From the IMG/VR virus record IMGVR_UViG_2600255140_000004, positions 1-64,000 of that record: a stretch of 64,000 bases of DNA, one strand, 5' to 3'. A program made the translations under genes and the position numbers. Under the pieces are notes generated by a model. The model did no database searches. It was not told the origin of the DNA and saw only the letters and a list, made by a program, of their open reading frames with translations. The DNA is from a virus. Its lineage: Duplodnaviria; Caudoviricetes. Positions within the stretch are counted from its first letter, which is position 1. Each line of letters begins with the position of its first letter. Of the stretch, positions 51,257 to 60,481 are shown in pieces.

Positions 51257-52201
51257 ATGCGGGAAATAATAGTTGCCCTGTTGGTGGGGCTTGCCCTGTG
51301 CGGGTGTTCCAGGGCGGAGTATGAAGACGAAAATATCCGGATCACACAGTATACAGGAGTAGAATCAGGAGCGCTATCGCCTACGGCGATCACAGATGCG
51401 GATGTAGATGCAGAAATTGGTGAAATCCTGGATGCGAACGCAGAAAAGGCCGAGACATCACGGGCGGCCGGGAAAGGGGATATTGTTGTAATCGACTACA
51501 CGTCGGAAACGGACAGCAGTCTGGATCTTGAGCTGCCAGTCACCGCGGACGGAGGGCTCCAGGAAAGCCTTGCCGGGCATAAGAAAGGGGAGCGCTATGA
51601 ATGGGTGGATCCGGTTGGCAATATATATACGGTTACCGTAAAAATGGTCATGGAAAAACATGTGCCGGAGCTTACGGATGCATTTGTGAAAACAGTGTCC
51701 CGAACAACAGGAACGGTAAAAGAATTCCGGGGGGAAGTCAAAAAGCAGCTTGAGGATAGGGCGGAAAGGGAGTATCGGGCGCAGCTGGCGGACGGGGCTT
51801 TTGATGCGGTCCTCGCGAATACCGAGGTCCTGCAGTATCCGGATTTGACGGACATAGAGAATGAAATAAAGAGTCAGTACCAGGAGGCTGCAAACGATAG
51901 CGGCGTGGATTATGAGACATATATCCGGGATTATATCGGACAGAGCTTGGATAAATTCGATGAAGGGATTCAGGAGGCGTCAAAGGCGCAGGCGAAAGAA
52001 ACCATGGCTGTGCGCGCAATCGCGGACCAGGAAAAACTGATTCAGACGGAAAAGGAGCAGGCAACAGCATTGGAGGCGCTTGCCAAGGAATACGGGTATG
52101 AAGATGCCGCTGCGATGGAGAAAGATATCGGCAGGGACCGGGCGCTGAGCTATGCCATGGCATACGCTGTCAGGGAATGGCTCGCAGACCATGCAAAATA
52201 G
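51257..52201 (+). CDS. Trigger-factor-like lipoprotein
   Basis: Lipobox LCGC; GDIVVIDY; PELTDAFV; TF C-terminal domain. Confidence 0.75.
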   Translation: MREIIVALLVGLALCGCSRAEYEDENIRITQYTGVESGALSPTAITDADVDAEIGEILDANAEKAETSRAAGKGDIVVIDYTSETDSSLDLELPVTADGGLQESLAGHKKGERYEWVDPVGNIYTVTVKMVMEKHVPELTDAFVKTVSRTTGTVKEFRGEVKKQLEDRAEREYRAQLADGAFDAVLANTEVLQYPDLTDIENEIKSQYQEAANDSGVDYETYIRDYIGQSLDKFDEGIQEASKAQAKETMAVRAIADQEKLIQTEKEQATALEALAKEYGYEDAAAMEKDIGRDRALSYAMAYAVREWLADHAK

Positions 52202-52253
52202 AATTCGGCTCAGGAAAATGACGCATGCGGGAATATGATAAACTAAAGACATA

Positions 52254-52340
52254 GACGAGATTGGCGTAAGCCGTATACGAATAGATTGTCCTCTTTTAAT
52301 GAAATGGGAAACGGCGGGGCCTTGCGGCTCCGCTTTTTCC
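52254..52340 (+). ncRNA. Third copy of the putative sRNA motif
   Basis: GACGAGA-GGCGTAAGCC-TATACGAATAGATT-TCCTC-terminator. Confidence 0.6.
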
Positions 52341-52393
52341 TGCCAAATTTTTGGGTTGCTGACAGCACCGTGCCGGAGGCTGTTGTAGACCGC

Positions 52394-52990
52394 ATGCGTA
52401 TGGAATCACACCTGACCGTCCGCAAGACGTGTGACAAAGCGGTACGTCTGATGTACTGCGAGCTTTTGGCGGCGGAGCATGGCGTTGACAGGGAGTTCGT
52501 GAAACGTGCGATGGACGTGTTCGGGTGTTCTGACCGCTACTGCCGCCAGTTCCGTGATGTCATAGTGAACGGAACGCCGTATCTGAAACAATGCCTGTAT
52601 ATGGGCGAGAAGATTCGGGTCGGTGAGGCTGCACATATCGCGAATACCGCTCCGGGGGACGAGGCCATGCAGAAAGTTCTTCTGAAAGAACATCTGGAAA
52701 AGCGTGAGATGAAACGCAAGCTTTCGGCAAGGAGCGTGACGTTCCCATCCATGGGAGCCAATACAATGCCGTGCAAGCCACCGGCATCTATTACGGCGGC
52801 GTCTGATTCAGAGATGCCCTGTAAGCCAGCAATTCCTGAAATGCCGTGCGAGGAATCCCCGGCTGTCGGGATGCTGCTCCAGAGTATGCGGCAGTTCTGC
52901 GCGAACGGCAAGTTAAACCTGCCGGATGTTTCCAAACAGGAACTTTTGTCACTATGCCACAAGCTGATGTCCATGTATGGGGAGGTGTAG
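52394..52990 (+). CDS. Hypothetical protein, possible ParB/KorB-like HTH
   Basis: A..FGCSDRY...G...L...G.....A..IA pattern; start uncertain. Confidence 0.5.
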   Translation: MRMESHLTVRKTCDKAVRLMYCELLAAEHGVDREFVKRAMDVFGCSDRYCRQFRDVIVNGTPYLKQCLYMGEKIRVGEAAHIANTAPGDEAMQKVLLKEHLEKREMKRKLSARSVTFPSMGANTMPCKPPASITAASDSEMPCKPAIPEMPCEESPAVGMLLQSMRQFCANGKLNLPDVSKQELLSLCHKLMSMYGEV

Positions 52991-52992
52991 GA

Positions 52993-53373
52993 ATGAAAGC
53001 AGGATGTTATCTGATCTTCGTCCGCAACGAAGCCACGGGCTGTCTCCGGCTTGCTGCGACAGGGAATCCCCAGGCATGTGTGGAGAAAATGGAAAACATG
53101 TCGGGATGCGATATGAGCATCGTGTTCCAGATTGGCTATCCCAGCGTGGAGGAAGCGACGGAACGCAAGGATGTGATGAAAGTAGCGCTTGCGCCATACA
53201 AAATAAAGGCGGCAGTGAACGGGAAGAAACGTTCGCGGTTTGGAAGCTGGTTCCTCCCCGAGGCATGGGGGCATCTGGCCGTTGCGCCTGAAGTGCTGGA
53301 AGAGGCAGTTGAAGAACTGTATAATTTTTACGATGGCGAGTTATGGATGCTGCAGGATTCCCTCCCTGTCTGA
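52993..53373 (+). CDS. Degenerate GIY-YIG/T5orf172-like protein
   Basis: T.NP...GSWF pattern; GGAGGT RBS. Confidence 0.5.
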   Translation: MKAGCYLIFVRNEATGCLRLAATGNPQACVEKMENMSGCDMSIVFQIGYPSVEEATERKDVMKVALAPYKIKAAVNGKKRSRFGSWFLPEAWGHLAVAPEVLEEAVEELYNFYDGELWMLQDSLPV

Positions 53374-53437
53374 TGGGTTAAAAAAGAGACGCTTTGGCGT
53401 CTCTTTTTTAGACGGCAATACAGGAAACACGTCCTGT

Positions 53438-54319
53438 TTACTCATTCTGGGCTTTTAATAATGTATTATCGGAATCCTTAAAAAGGGCGGCCAGCATTTC
53501 CGGCATATAGTAGCGCCCTTCCAGGATTTGTGTGTATTCGCCTGCCTTGCTGACCAGTTCAGGGGAAATGTTGTTTAGGAAAGCATGGGTGACGACAAGC
53601 TCGTCCTTACATTTGCGCCTGCGCCGTCTGAGACATCGGATCATCTGTATCAGCTTATGTTCCGTTGTGTCATCATATTCATTGAATTCGATTGCATGTT
53701 CGATGATCGTGATTAGTTTCTCCGTTTTCCTGCACTCTTCATTCAGCGCCTTTTCGCGTTGGCCAATCCCGTCATAAAAGAGAACGAGGGCATGTATCAG
53801 ACCCAGGGAGCTGTTTATAGCTGACGGCTGCGCGAAAGGGATGAGAGCCAGCATGTCCGGCGCGTTTTCTGAATATATGGCGGGATCGATATCCGTGTAT
53901 GATATTTCTTCCGGCAGGGGGTCAGGAATGTCATCCTCTTCAATGGGCACAGTCATCCATGTGTATTTCCGGAGCAGCGGATGGGTGGAACATTGGTTGT
54001 TAAGGACATTTTTTGCTTTTTCCTCTTCCCACTTCCCGGCATGTGCGGGGTTTGATGTCAATGACAGGTCATTTGCCAGGTATCCGCGTTCGCACTTGAT
54101 TTGCAGCATTATGGGTTCCGTGTACTCTTCGTCCCGTGCCTCAATCCGCCATTTCATCTGTGCTTTTTGGGGAAACTTCGAACGGAACGCCAGCAGGACA
54201 GGGAATGCACGGGTTTCTGATGCGAATTTCAGGGCGCACCCGCTGTCTTTCGTCATTTTTGTGCTGTCAGGGTCTTCGCTTGACAGATAATTGATGCCAT
54301 CTGTAATGTAATAAACCAT
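53438..54319 (-). CDS. Hypothetical protein
   Basis: AAGGAG RBS; C-terminal H.IEF...RR..KDE. Confidence 0.7.
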   Translation of the reverse strand: MVYYITDGINYLSSEDPDSTKMTKDSGCALKFASETRAFPVLLAFRSKFPQKAQMKWRIEARDEEYTEPIMLQIKCERGYLANDLSLTSNPAHAGKWEEEKAKNVLNNQCSTHPLLRKYTWMTVPIEEDDIPDPLPEEISYTDIDPAIYSENAPDMLALIPFAQPSAINSSLGLIHALVLFYDGIGQREKALNEECRKTEKLITIIEHAIEFNEYDDTTEHKLIQMIRCLRRRRRKCKDELVVTHAFLNNISPELVSKAGEYTQILEGRYYMPEMLAALFKDSDNTLLKAQNE

Positions 54320-54425
54320 AAAAATCTCCTTTCTGTGTTTTTCAGGCATAATATGGGGGATTTGTTCCATAAAGCGGCTTTTTTTCGCCAAACTGTATAA
54401 TGTAGCCATAGGAGGAGAAAAGCAT

Positions 54426-54617
54426 ATGAGAGATCTTTCAGAGATGCTGCAGGAGTTTGACGGCATCTGCCGGAGGTATCCAAAGCAGCATGTGGTCACG
54501 CTGTGTAACCGTTATTTGGGGTTGCTGAATGAAGAGGAGTTTCAGGTGGCAGACAAATATTATTACTGGTTCGTAATGGTTGGTGATGCCTCCCGGAGCA
54601 AAGATTTGATTTATTAG
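54426..54617 (+). CDS. Small hypothetical protein
   Basis: AGGAGG RBS. Confidence 0.6.
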   Translation: MRDLSEMLQEFDGICRRYPKQHVVTLCNRYLGLLNEEEFQVADKYYYWFVMVGDASRSKDLIY

Positions 54618-54626
54618 GAGGTTTTT

Positions 54627-56510
54627 ATGAACGAGGCACAATTGGAATGCGTACATACGATAAATGGACAGGTAATCGTAATTGCCTGTCCAGGAGCAGG
54701 CAAGACGACGACACTGCTTGCGAGGATAAATCACATGGTGAAAGAGGCAGGGATAGATCCGGAACATATTTTGATGATGACATTTACACGTTCGGCAGCA
54801 GCAGAAATGCGTAAACGTTACGAATCGGAACCGGGTTCCAAAAAGGGCGTGACATTTTCCACGATCCATGCGCTTTGCCTGGCAATCCTGATCCGCTACA
54901 GAGGAAGGCCGGAGATTATGAGTGATGATGAAGAACGTGATTTCTTTTTCTCCATGCTCCGGGACAGTGCGGCAAAGTACCCGTCAATGGACATCCCCAA
55001 GGGATACCGGACGATGCTCGCGGCGGTTAGTGACCGTGACCAGTTTATCAATGACCTTGTTCTTGATATCGGGATGCACAAAAACAATCCAGGCAAAAAG
55101 TTCAAACTGAACAGCACTCCCGACAAGGCGCTGTTCCAGTTCCTGTGGGACCGCTACGAGACCCTGAAAAAGCAGCAAGGGAAGATTGACTTTGATGATA
55201 TGCTGACACAGGCATATGAAGTCCTTCTTAATGACAAGCGGGCTCTTGCCGAGCTTAGGGATAAATACCGGTATATCCAGGTGGACGAGTACCAGGATAC
55301 CAATTATGTGCAGCGCGACATTGTTTACCTGCTTGCCGGCGAGAATGGGAATCTTGCTGTTGTGGGCGATGATGACCAGTCTATTTATGGGTTCAGGGGT
55401 GCGTGCCCGGAAGTGATGCTGGGTTTCCCCGACGATTATCCGAGGGCGAAGGTCATCCGCATGGGTACGAATTACCGATCCGCAAGGAACATCATCGCGT
55501 GTGCAGGGCAGATGATCGCAAAAAATCGCAACCGGTATGCGAAAGATTTCATTGCGGCCAGGCCGGAGGCGGGCGAGATTGAACTTACCCTTGGCGAGAC
55601 AAAAGCAGAAACGCACAGGATCATTGCAGGCCGCGTGGAAAGCCTGTTAAAGTCAGGGATGCAGGATAGGGATATTGCGGTTTTATACCGCACGAACAAG
55701 GAAACGGAAGGGATTGCGGGCGCGCTGATCCGGCGCGGGATTGAAGTACAGGTTGCGGACGGGGTTACGAACAGGTATGAACATTGGATCTACCGTGATA
55801 TCTGTTCCTATTACCGGCTGGCAAATGAAATCGGCGGGGAGGGTGATCTGGCGAGGATCCTTAACCATCCCCAGCGGTACCTGCAGTCGGACAGGTATGT
55901 ATGGATGCAGACGCTGGCGGAGACAGAACAGCAGATGTGCCAGGCAGCGTATGAAATGAACGGTGAATTTTGGAAGGTGAAGGGTGCAGTCAAAGAGATT
56001 GAAGACTTGTTCCGGCTCCTGCGGAGCCTGAAAGGCAAACCGCCCAGGACATACATGAGCACGCTGTATGTGGCTTACCGCAGATATCTGAAGGATTATG
56101 CGAATTTCAGGGGCATGGACATGGAAGAGCTGACATCTGTATGGGAATCATATCTGTCTGATGTGAAAAGCCTGCCGTCAGGCGCGGAGCCGTGGCGGGA
56201 GTGGGAGGCATATGTAAAGAGGTATGAGCATGCAATCCGCCAGGCCCGGAAGTCCCAGGCGGGAGTGCTGCTGTCCAGCATGCATAAAGCGAAGGGACTT
56301 GAATGGGAACATGTGATCGTGGCAAACTGCGTTGAGGGGAATATCCCGTACCAGAACGAGAAACGCCCCTGTGACATAGAAGAGGAGCGCCGTTTGTTCT
56401 ATGTGGCATGTACGCGGGCAAAGAAACATCTTGAGCTGGTCGGGTATAAGAGCAGGAGCGGGAAACATGTGAATATCAGCCCGTTCATCCGGGAACTGAC
56501 AAAGGCGTAA
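54627..56510 (+). CDS. UvrD/PcrA-like SF1A helicase
   Basis: ACPGAGKT, VDEYQD, GDDDQSIYGFRG, NYRS, HKAKGLE, EEERRLFYVACTRA. Confidence 0.93.
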   Translation: MNEAQLECVHTINGQVIVIACPGAGKTTTLLARINHMVKEAGIDPEHILMMTFTRSAAAEMRKRYESEPGSKKGVTFSTIHALCLAILIRYRGRPEIMSDDEERDFFFSMLRDSAAKYPSMDIPKGYRTMLAAVSDRDQFINDLVLDIGMHKNNPGKKFKLNSTPDKALFQFLWDRYETLKKQQGKIDFDDMLTQAYEVLLNDKRALAELRDKYRYIQVDEYQDTNYVQRDIVYLLAGENGNLAVVGDDDQSIYGFRGACPEVMLGFPDDYPRAKVIRMGTNYRSARNIIACAGQMIAKNRNRYAKDFIAARPEAGEIELTLGETKAETHRIIAGRVESLLKSGMQDRDIAVLYRTNKETEGIAGALIRRGIEVQVADGVTNRYEHWIYRDICSYYRLANEIGGEGDLARILNHPQRYLQSDRYVWMQTLAETEQQMCQAAYEMNGEFWKVKGAVKEIEDLFRLLRSLKGKPPRTYMSTLYVAYRRYLKDYANFRGMDMEELTSVWESYLSDVKSLPSGAEPWREWEAYVKRYEHAIRQARKSQAGVLLSSMHKAKGLEWEHVIVANCVEGNIPYQNEKRPCDIEEERRLFYVACTRAKKHLELVGYKSRSGKHVNISPFIRELTKA

Positions 56511-56513
56511 TTG

Positions 56514-56544
56514 AAACACCCAGGAGGAATCCTCCTGGGTGTTT
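56514..56544. terminator. Bidirectional terminator hairpin
   Basis: AAACACCCAGGAGG-AAT-CCTCCTGGGTGTTT between convergent genes. Confidence 0.8.
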
Positions 56545-56546
56545 GG

Positions 56547-57488
56547 TTAATCCTGTGCAAAAATCTGGCTGTGCAGGATACGGGAAGTATCTTCCTGAAA
56601 TACGACATTTCCGGCCTTTTGGCGTTTTGTGTGGGTTTTATTGAAGAGACGTTGTATATCTTTGCTGCTGCCCAGTTTTACAATTGCACGGTTATAGATG
56701 GATTTGACTTCCTTTAAGGGAATCCCGGTTTCCAAATGGATGTTTTCAAAAGATTTTTCCTTATGCCCGTCCAGATTGATGCGCCTTTTGAGAATATCCC
56801 ATTCCTCTGGCTCCAAAACCTCAATTACAGCTCTGCTTATTACTTCCTCCCGCTCCTGTGCAAGCATCATATCTTCCGGATTCGGTATTTTGGATACGAT
56901 TTGCGTACAGCTCTCATCGTCATCTACCGCGACATAATTTGTGTTATACCGGTATTGGAGCGTTGACCGTACTACTTTTGGGGAAAGCCCCGTGCGCGTT
57001 GCGACCATGTCGTCCGTCCATTGGATTCCCTTCGATTCGTAATGCTGGATTGCAGCTATGACCTTCCGCGAATTCTTGATGTCGTATGGGGAGAGGTGCA
57101 GGGTGTTCTTGGAAAGATATGTAGATATCACCTCCCTGAAATGCCGGACATAGAAGGTGGTAGGCGTGGAGCGCAGCGGATCATAAGAATCCAATTTTTC
57201 GTAGAATTTCTCCGCAAGCCCCTGCTGGATATCCTTCCATGCGTCTGAATCTACGCGGTAGCGGACGAGGATCTGTTTCGCCTCCTTCATGCCGAATTTG
57301 AGGACAGATGCAAATAAGTCGGCTTTGATCTTGTCCTCGTACTGTTCCTCTTCATAAGTGAGTGCCTGTCCGGAAGCACGTTTTTCCTTAAATGTTTCCA
57401 GTTTCTTTTTGCGTAGGTAGAACACAACCTGTTCCTTCGTCAGTGTGAGCTGTCCATAGTCGCCAATTTTTGCTGTTTCGTTTGCCAT
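56547..57488 (-). CDS. Divergent sigma-70-family RNA polymerase sigma factor
   Basis: Region 2-like D..Q......YDP..STPTTF; region 3 HTH; region 4 L...E..IL..R..L...SF..I...GI....V. Confidence 0.7.
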   Translation of the reverse strand: MANETAKIGDYGQLTLTKEQVVFYLRKKKLETFKEKRASGQALTYEEEQYEDKIKADLFASVLKFGMKEAKQILVRYRVDSDAWKDIQQGLAEKFYEKLDSYDPLRSTPTTFYVRHFREVISTYLSKNTLHLSPYDIKNSRKVIAAIQHYESKGIQWTDDMVATRTGLSPKVVRSTLQYRYNTNYVAVDDDESCTQIVSKIPNPEDMMLAQEREEVISRAVIEVLEPEEWDILKRRINLDGHKEKSFENIHLETGIPLKEVKSIYNRAIVKLGSSKDIQRLFNKTHTKRQKAGNVVFQEDTSRILHSQIFAQD

Positions 57489-57671
57489 AAAACATGTCTC
57501 CTTTCGATTTTTTGCCGCAACATATCCATAGCGTGTTGTGAAGAGGCCCGATAAACATGGAATGAAACTCGCCCTCTCTGTTTAATCTGAGTGAACTTTG
57601 TCTTTTTGGTGCGGATTCTCCGGTTTTCTGTAAGAGAATCCCATATTGTGGATATTGAAAGGAGGGATTGC

Positions 57672-58829
57672 ATGAAACGATGGAAAAGGATGCTTGCCGC
57701 ATTGTCTGCATGCGTAATGCTGGCAGGAGGGGCTGTGCAGGCATCGGGGGATATGGACCAGGATGTATTTGACGGATGGAATGAAGACAACAGGGAGGCA
57801 GCGCTTGCATCTTTTGAGGCAACGGACTGGGAGGCGCTTGCCGACCAGCTCATCCTTGACGGGAAGATTTCCAAAGGGATACAGACGCGTGATATTTCCC
57901 AAAACGTGGAGGCGCTCAGGCCGCTGGTGAAGGAAACACTGAAAGGCTGCAGCAGCAGGACGAAAGCACCGTCCAGCCAATATGCGCCCCTGATCCTCGC
58001 TATGATAGAAGTCCTCTCGGACGGGAACCCATCAGCGACGGATCCATGCGGTGTGACACAATATTTCTTGACATCCGCGTCTATCAGCAGCCCGGCCTCG
58101 TCTGTCAGGTTCCTGTTCAACCGTCTGCAGGTGATGGAAATAGCATATAACGGGGCACATCAGACGCCTGTGAGCCTCAAAAAGAAAAATGACGGGCTGG
58201 ACGTGGCAGTTGAGGCGGTCATGCTCAGGTCGGATTATGCAAAATCAACAGAGAAGTATTCGAAAAAGGATGCACAGAAGTATTACGAAACGAATAAAGA
58301 GGCTGTTTTTGACCCCATCGGCATTGTGCCGATGACAGATTTTGCTGAACAGGTCGGAAAGCATATTACGGCCGTGGAGACCACTACATCTGCCTCGGTC
58401 ACGTGGAACGGGAAAATGACATCGGCAATGCAGAAAGTCTGTGATGCGGCAAGAAACGGGAAATCCACACGCTCCGCAAAGGCGGGGTACTGTGCCGCGT
58501 GGGTGTCGGGCGTGTATCAGTATGCGCTTGGGTATTACCCGGGGCATAATGCGATTGACTATTGGAAACTGTGGAGTTCCAGCGGCTCAAGGGATTCAAA
58601 GAATATCCCGCCCGGAGCGGCGGTCGTAGGCACGGGATCCGGGACGCAGTGGGGGCATGTAGGGATCTATGTCGGGAATGGACAGGTCGCAGAGAATATT
58701 GGAGGATACCGGGTGATCAGCCTGGAACGCTGGATATCATGGCAGAATAGCAAGCCGTCAAGGATTGCCGGCGAGAAAGGGTGGATTGGCTGGGTATGGC
58801 CTTGTAAAAAAGACTTGAGCAGATCGTAG
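57672..58829 (+). CDS. Secreted peptidoglycan hydrolase (C-terminal CHAP/NlpC)
   Basis: Signal peptide; YCAAWV; GHVGIYVGNG. Confidence 0.8.
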   Translation: MKRWKRMLAALSACVMLAGGAVQASGDMDQDVFDGWNEDNREAALASFEATDWEALADQLILDGKISKGIQTRDISQNVEALRPLVKETLKGCSSRTKAPSSQYAPLILAMIEVLSDGNPSATDPCGVTQYFLTSASISSPASSVRFLFNRLQVMEIAYNGAHQTPVSLKKKNDGLDVAVEAVMLRSDYAKSTEKYSKKDAQKYYETNKEAVFDPIGIVPMTDFAEQVGKHITAVETTTSASVTWNGKMTSAMQKVCDAARNGKSTRSAKAGYCAAWVSGVYQYALGYYPGHNAIDYWKLWSSSGSRDSKNIPPGAAVVGTGSGTQWGHVGIYVGNGQVAENIGGYRVISLERWISWQNSKPSRIAGEKGWIGWVWPCKKDLSRS

Positions 58830-58915
58830 GCACATGCCGGGCTTTGCCTCAAAAAAACAAGGAGCCTCCAGGGCGTGGTATACTGAACCCATCATAAAAG
58901 AGGAGGAACCACAAA

Positions 58916-59815
58916 ATGAGGAATAGTATTATGGAACTGGCGGCTGAGACCCAGCAGGAAATAGAAATCATGGTGAAGGACGTGAAGGGGAGCATGACAT
59001 CCAACGGGGCGCCGTACCAGCGGCTTTCCGTGCAGGACAAGGAGGGGAATATGGCTACATTTCTGCGTTTTGATGAGCCGGTCGATGTGAACGGCCCGGC
59101 AGTGTGCCGGATGCTCGTAGAGGCATCCACATATAACAATAAGCCGTCCTACAAGATCCTGCGTTCAGAAATCCTTCCAGACGCGGATCTTACATGCTTT
59201 TATCCGAAAGCGGAGATTGATGAAAGGTCAGGTTTTGCGGAAATCAACGCCTATTACAAGCGGATCAGGCACCCTGGCTACCGTAAGCTGGTGGGGAACG
59301 TGCTGACGAAAGATGCAGTGAAGTTCCGGACGAAACCTCTGACGGCAGCAGGGGCATTTTCAAGGCAATGCGGGATTATGGAAGCAACCTTGGCACTCTT
59401 ACGCATGGCAGATCATGCAGTTGCAATATTCGGGCTGAATGCGGACCTGATGTATGCGGCAGGACTTTTGTATTATGTGGGCAACATTGATCTTGTGTCT
59501 GATGGATATGCTCCTACAGAAGACGATCTGCTTGCGGGTGAGGGCAATGCGGCTGTGAGGCGGCTTTTAGAGGTGGAAATGGCACTCCGTGCGGACGGGA
59601 TGACAGAGGAAATGCTCCCGAAACGCGATGTGAATGTCCTGCTGCATATGCTGACTTCCCGTTATGGAGGGGTCAAGAGCGCAGTTCCGGAATCAGTGGC
59701 CCTGCGGGATCTCGGGCACATGCTCAAACGCACAGAGGAGGCGAAACAGTTAGTGAAAGGAGCTGTGCCGGGAACGGTTGTGTGCAGCCAAGGCTCGCAA
59801 TTCTTAAGATTATAA
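58916..59815 (+). CDS. YhaM/Cbf1-like OB-HD protein with degenerate HD motif
   Basis: TSNGAPYQRLSVQDKEG OB fold; LLYYVG in place of LLHDIG. Confidence 0.65.
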   Translation: MRNSIMELAAETQQEIEIMVKDVKGSMTSNGAPYQRLSVQDKEGNMATFLRFDEPVDVNGPAVCRMLVEASTYNNKPSYKILRSEILPDADLTCFYPKAEIDERSGFAEINAYYKRIRHPGYRKLVGNVLTKDAVKFRTKPLTAAGAFSRQCGIMEATLALLRMADHAVAIFGLNADLMYAAGLLYYVGNIDLVSDGYAPTEDDLLAGEGNAAVRRLLEVEMALRADGMTEEMLPKRDVNVLLHMLTSRYGGVKSAVPESVALRDLGHMLKRTEEAKQLVKGAVPGTVVCSQGSQFLRL

Positions 59816-59857
59816 GGGAAGGAGGCGCAGGGGCAGGATGCCCCTGCATAAGTACAG

Positions 59858-60373
59858 ATGCTTGTGTTGAAGGAAAACCGGATCAGCTTTATCCAGGCTG
59901 CCATCGTACTTGTGATCATTCTCGCGGAAATCTTTCTCTTCCGTAAAGTGCTGATGAATGCATATATCCCGAGCGAGTCGATGGAACCGACGTTCACGGA
60001 AGGGATGCGGCTGATTGCGACGAGGGAGGATAAAGTGGGGCGAGGGGATGTTATCATCTTCCGGTTTCCGGGAGACCCGTCCGTGCATTACATCAAACGC
60101 GTGATCGGGCTGCCGGGAGACACGGTGGAGATTAAGGAGGACGGGGTATATGTCAATGGGGAAACGCTTGAGGAACCGTATCTCAAGGAACGGATGAAAG
60201 TGCAGGATGAACAGATCTTCGTCGTGCCGGAAGATTCCTATTTCCTCATGGGTGATAACCGGAACAACTCTTACGACAGCCGGGCATGGAAGGAGCCGTA
60301 TGTGGACAAGAAATATGTCGAGGGGCATCCGAGGCTGGTTTACTGGCCGTTAAGCAAGGCGGGCGCAATCTAG
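59858..60373 (+). CDS. lepB: Signal peptidase I
   Basis: SESMEPT, IKRVIG, GDNRNNSYDSR. Confidence 0.93.
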   Translation: MLVLKENRISFIQAAIVLVIILAEIFLFRKVLMNAYIPSESMEPTFTEGMRLIATREDKVGRGDVIIFRFPGDPSVHYIKRVIGLPGDTVEIKEDGVYVNGETLEEPYLKERMKVQDEQIFVVPEDSYFLMGDNRNNSYDSRAWKEPYVDKKYVEGHPRLVYWPLSKAGAI

Positions 60374-60481
60374 CACGGAAGACAGGCGGAAACGCCTGTT
60401 TTTTGTTCCCCCATATTAAATACAGCGGCAGAGGCCGCGCAGGAAGGAGGAGGCGGGGATGGCATCCCTGCGAAAACAGCT

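Noticed and set aside
52286-52393. ORF start at 52286
   Set aside because: Lies within the sRNA-like unit and its terminator; no RBS
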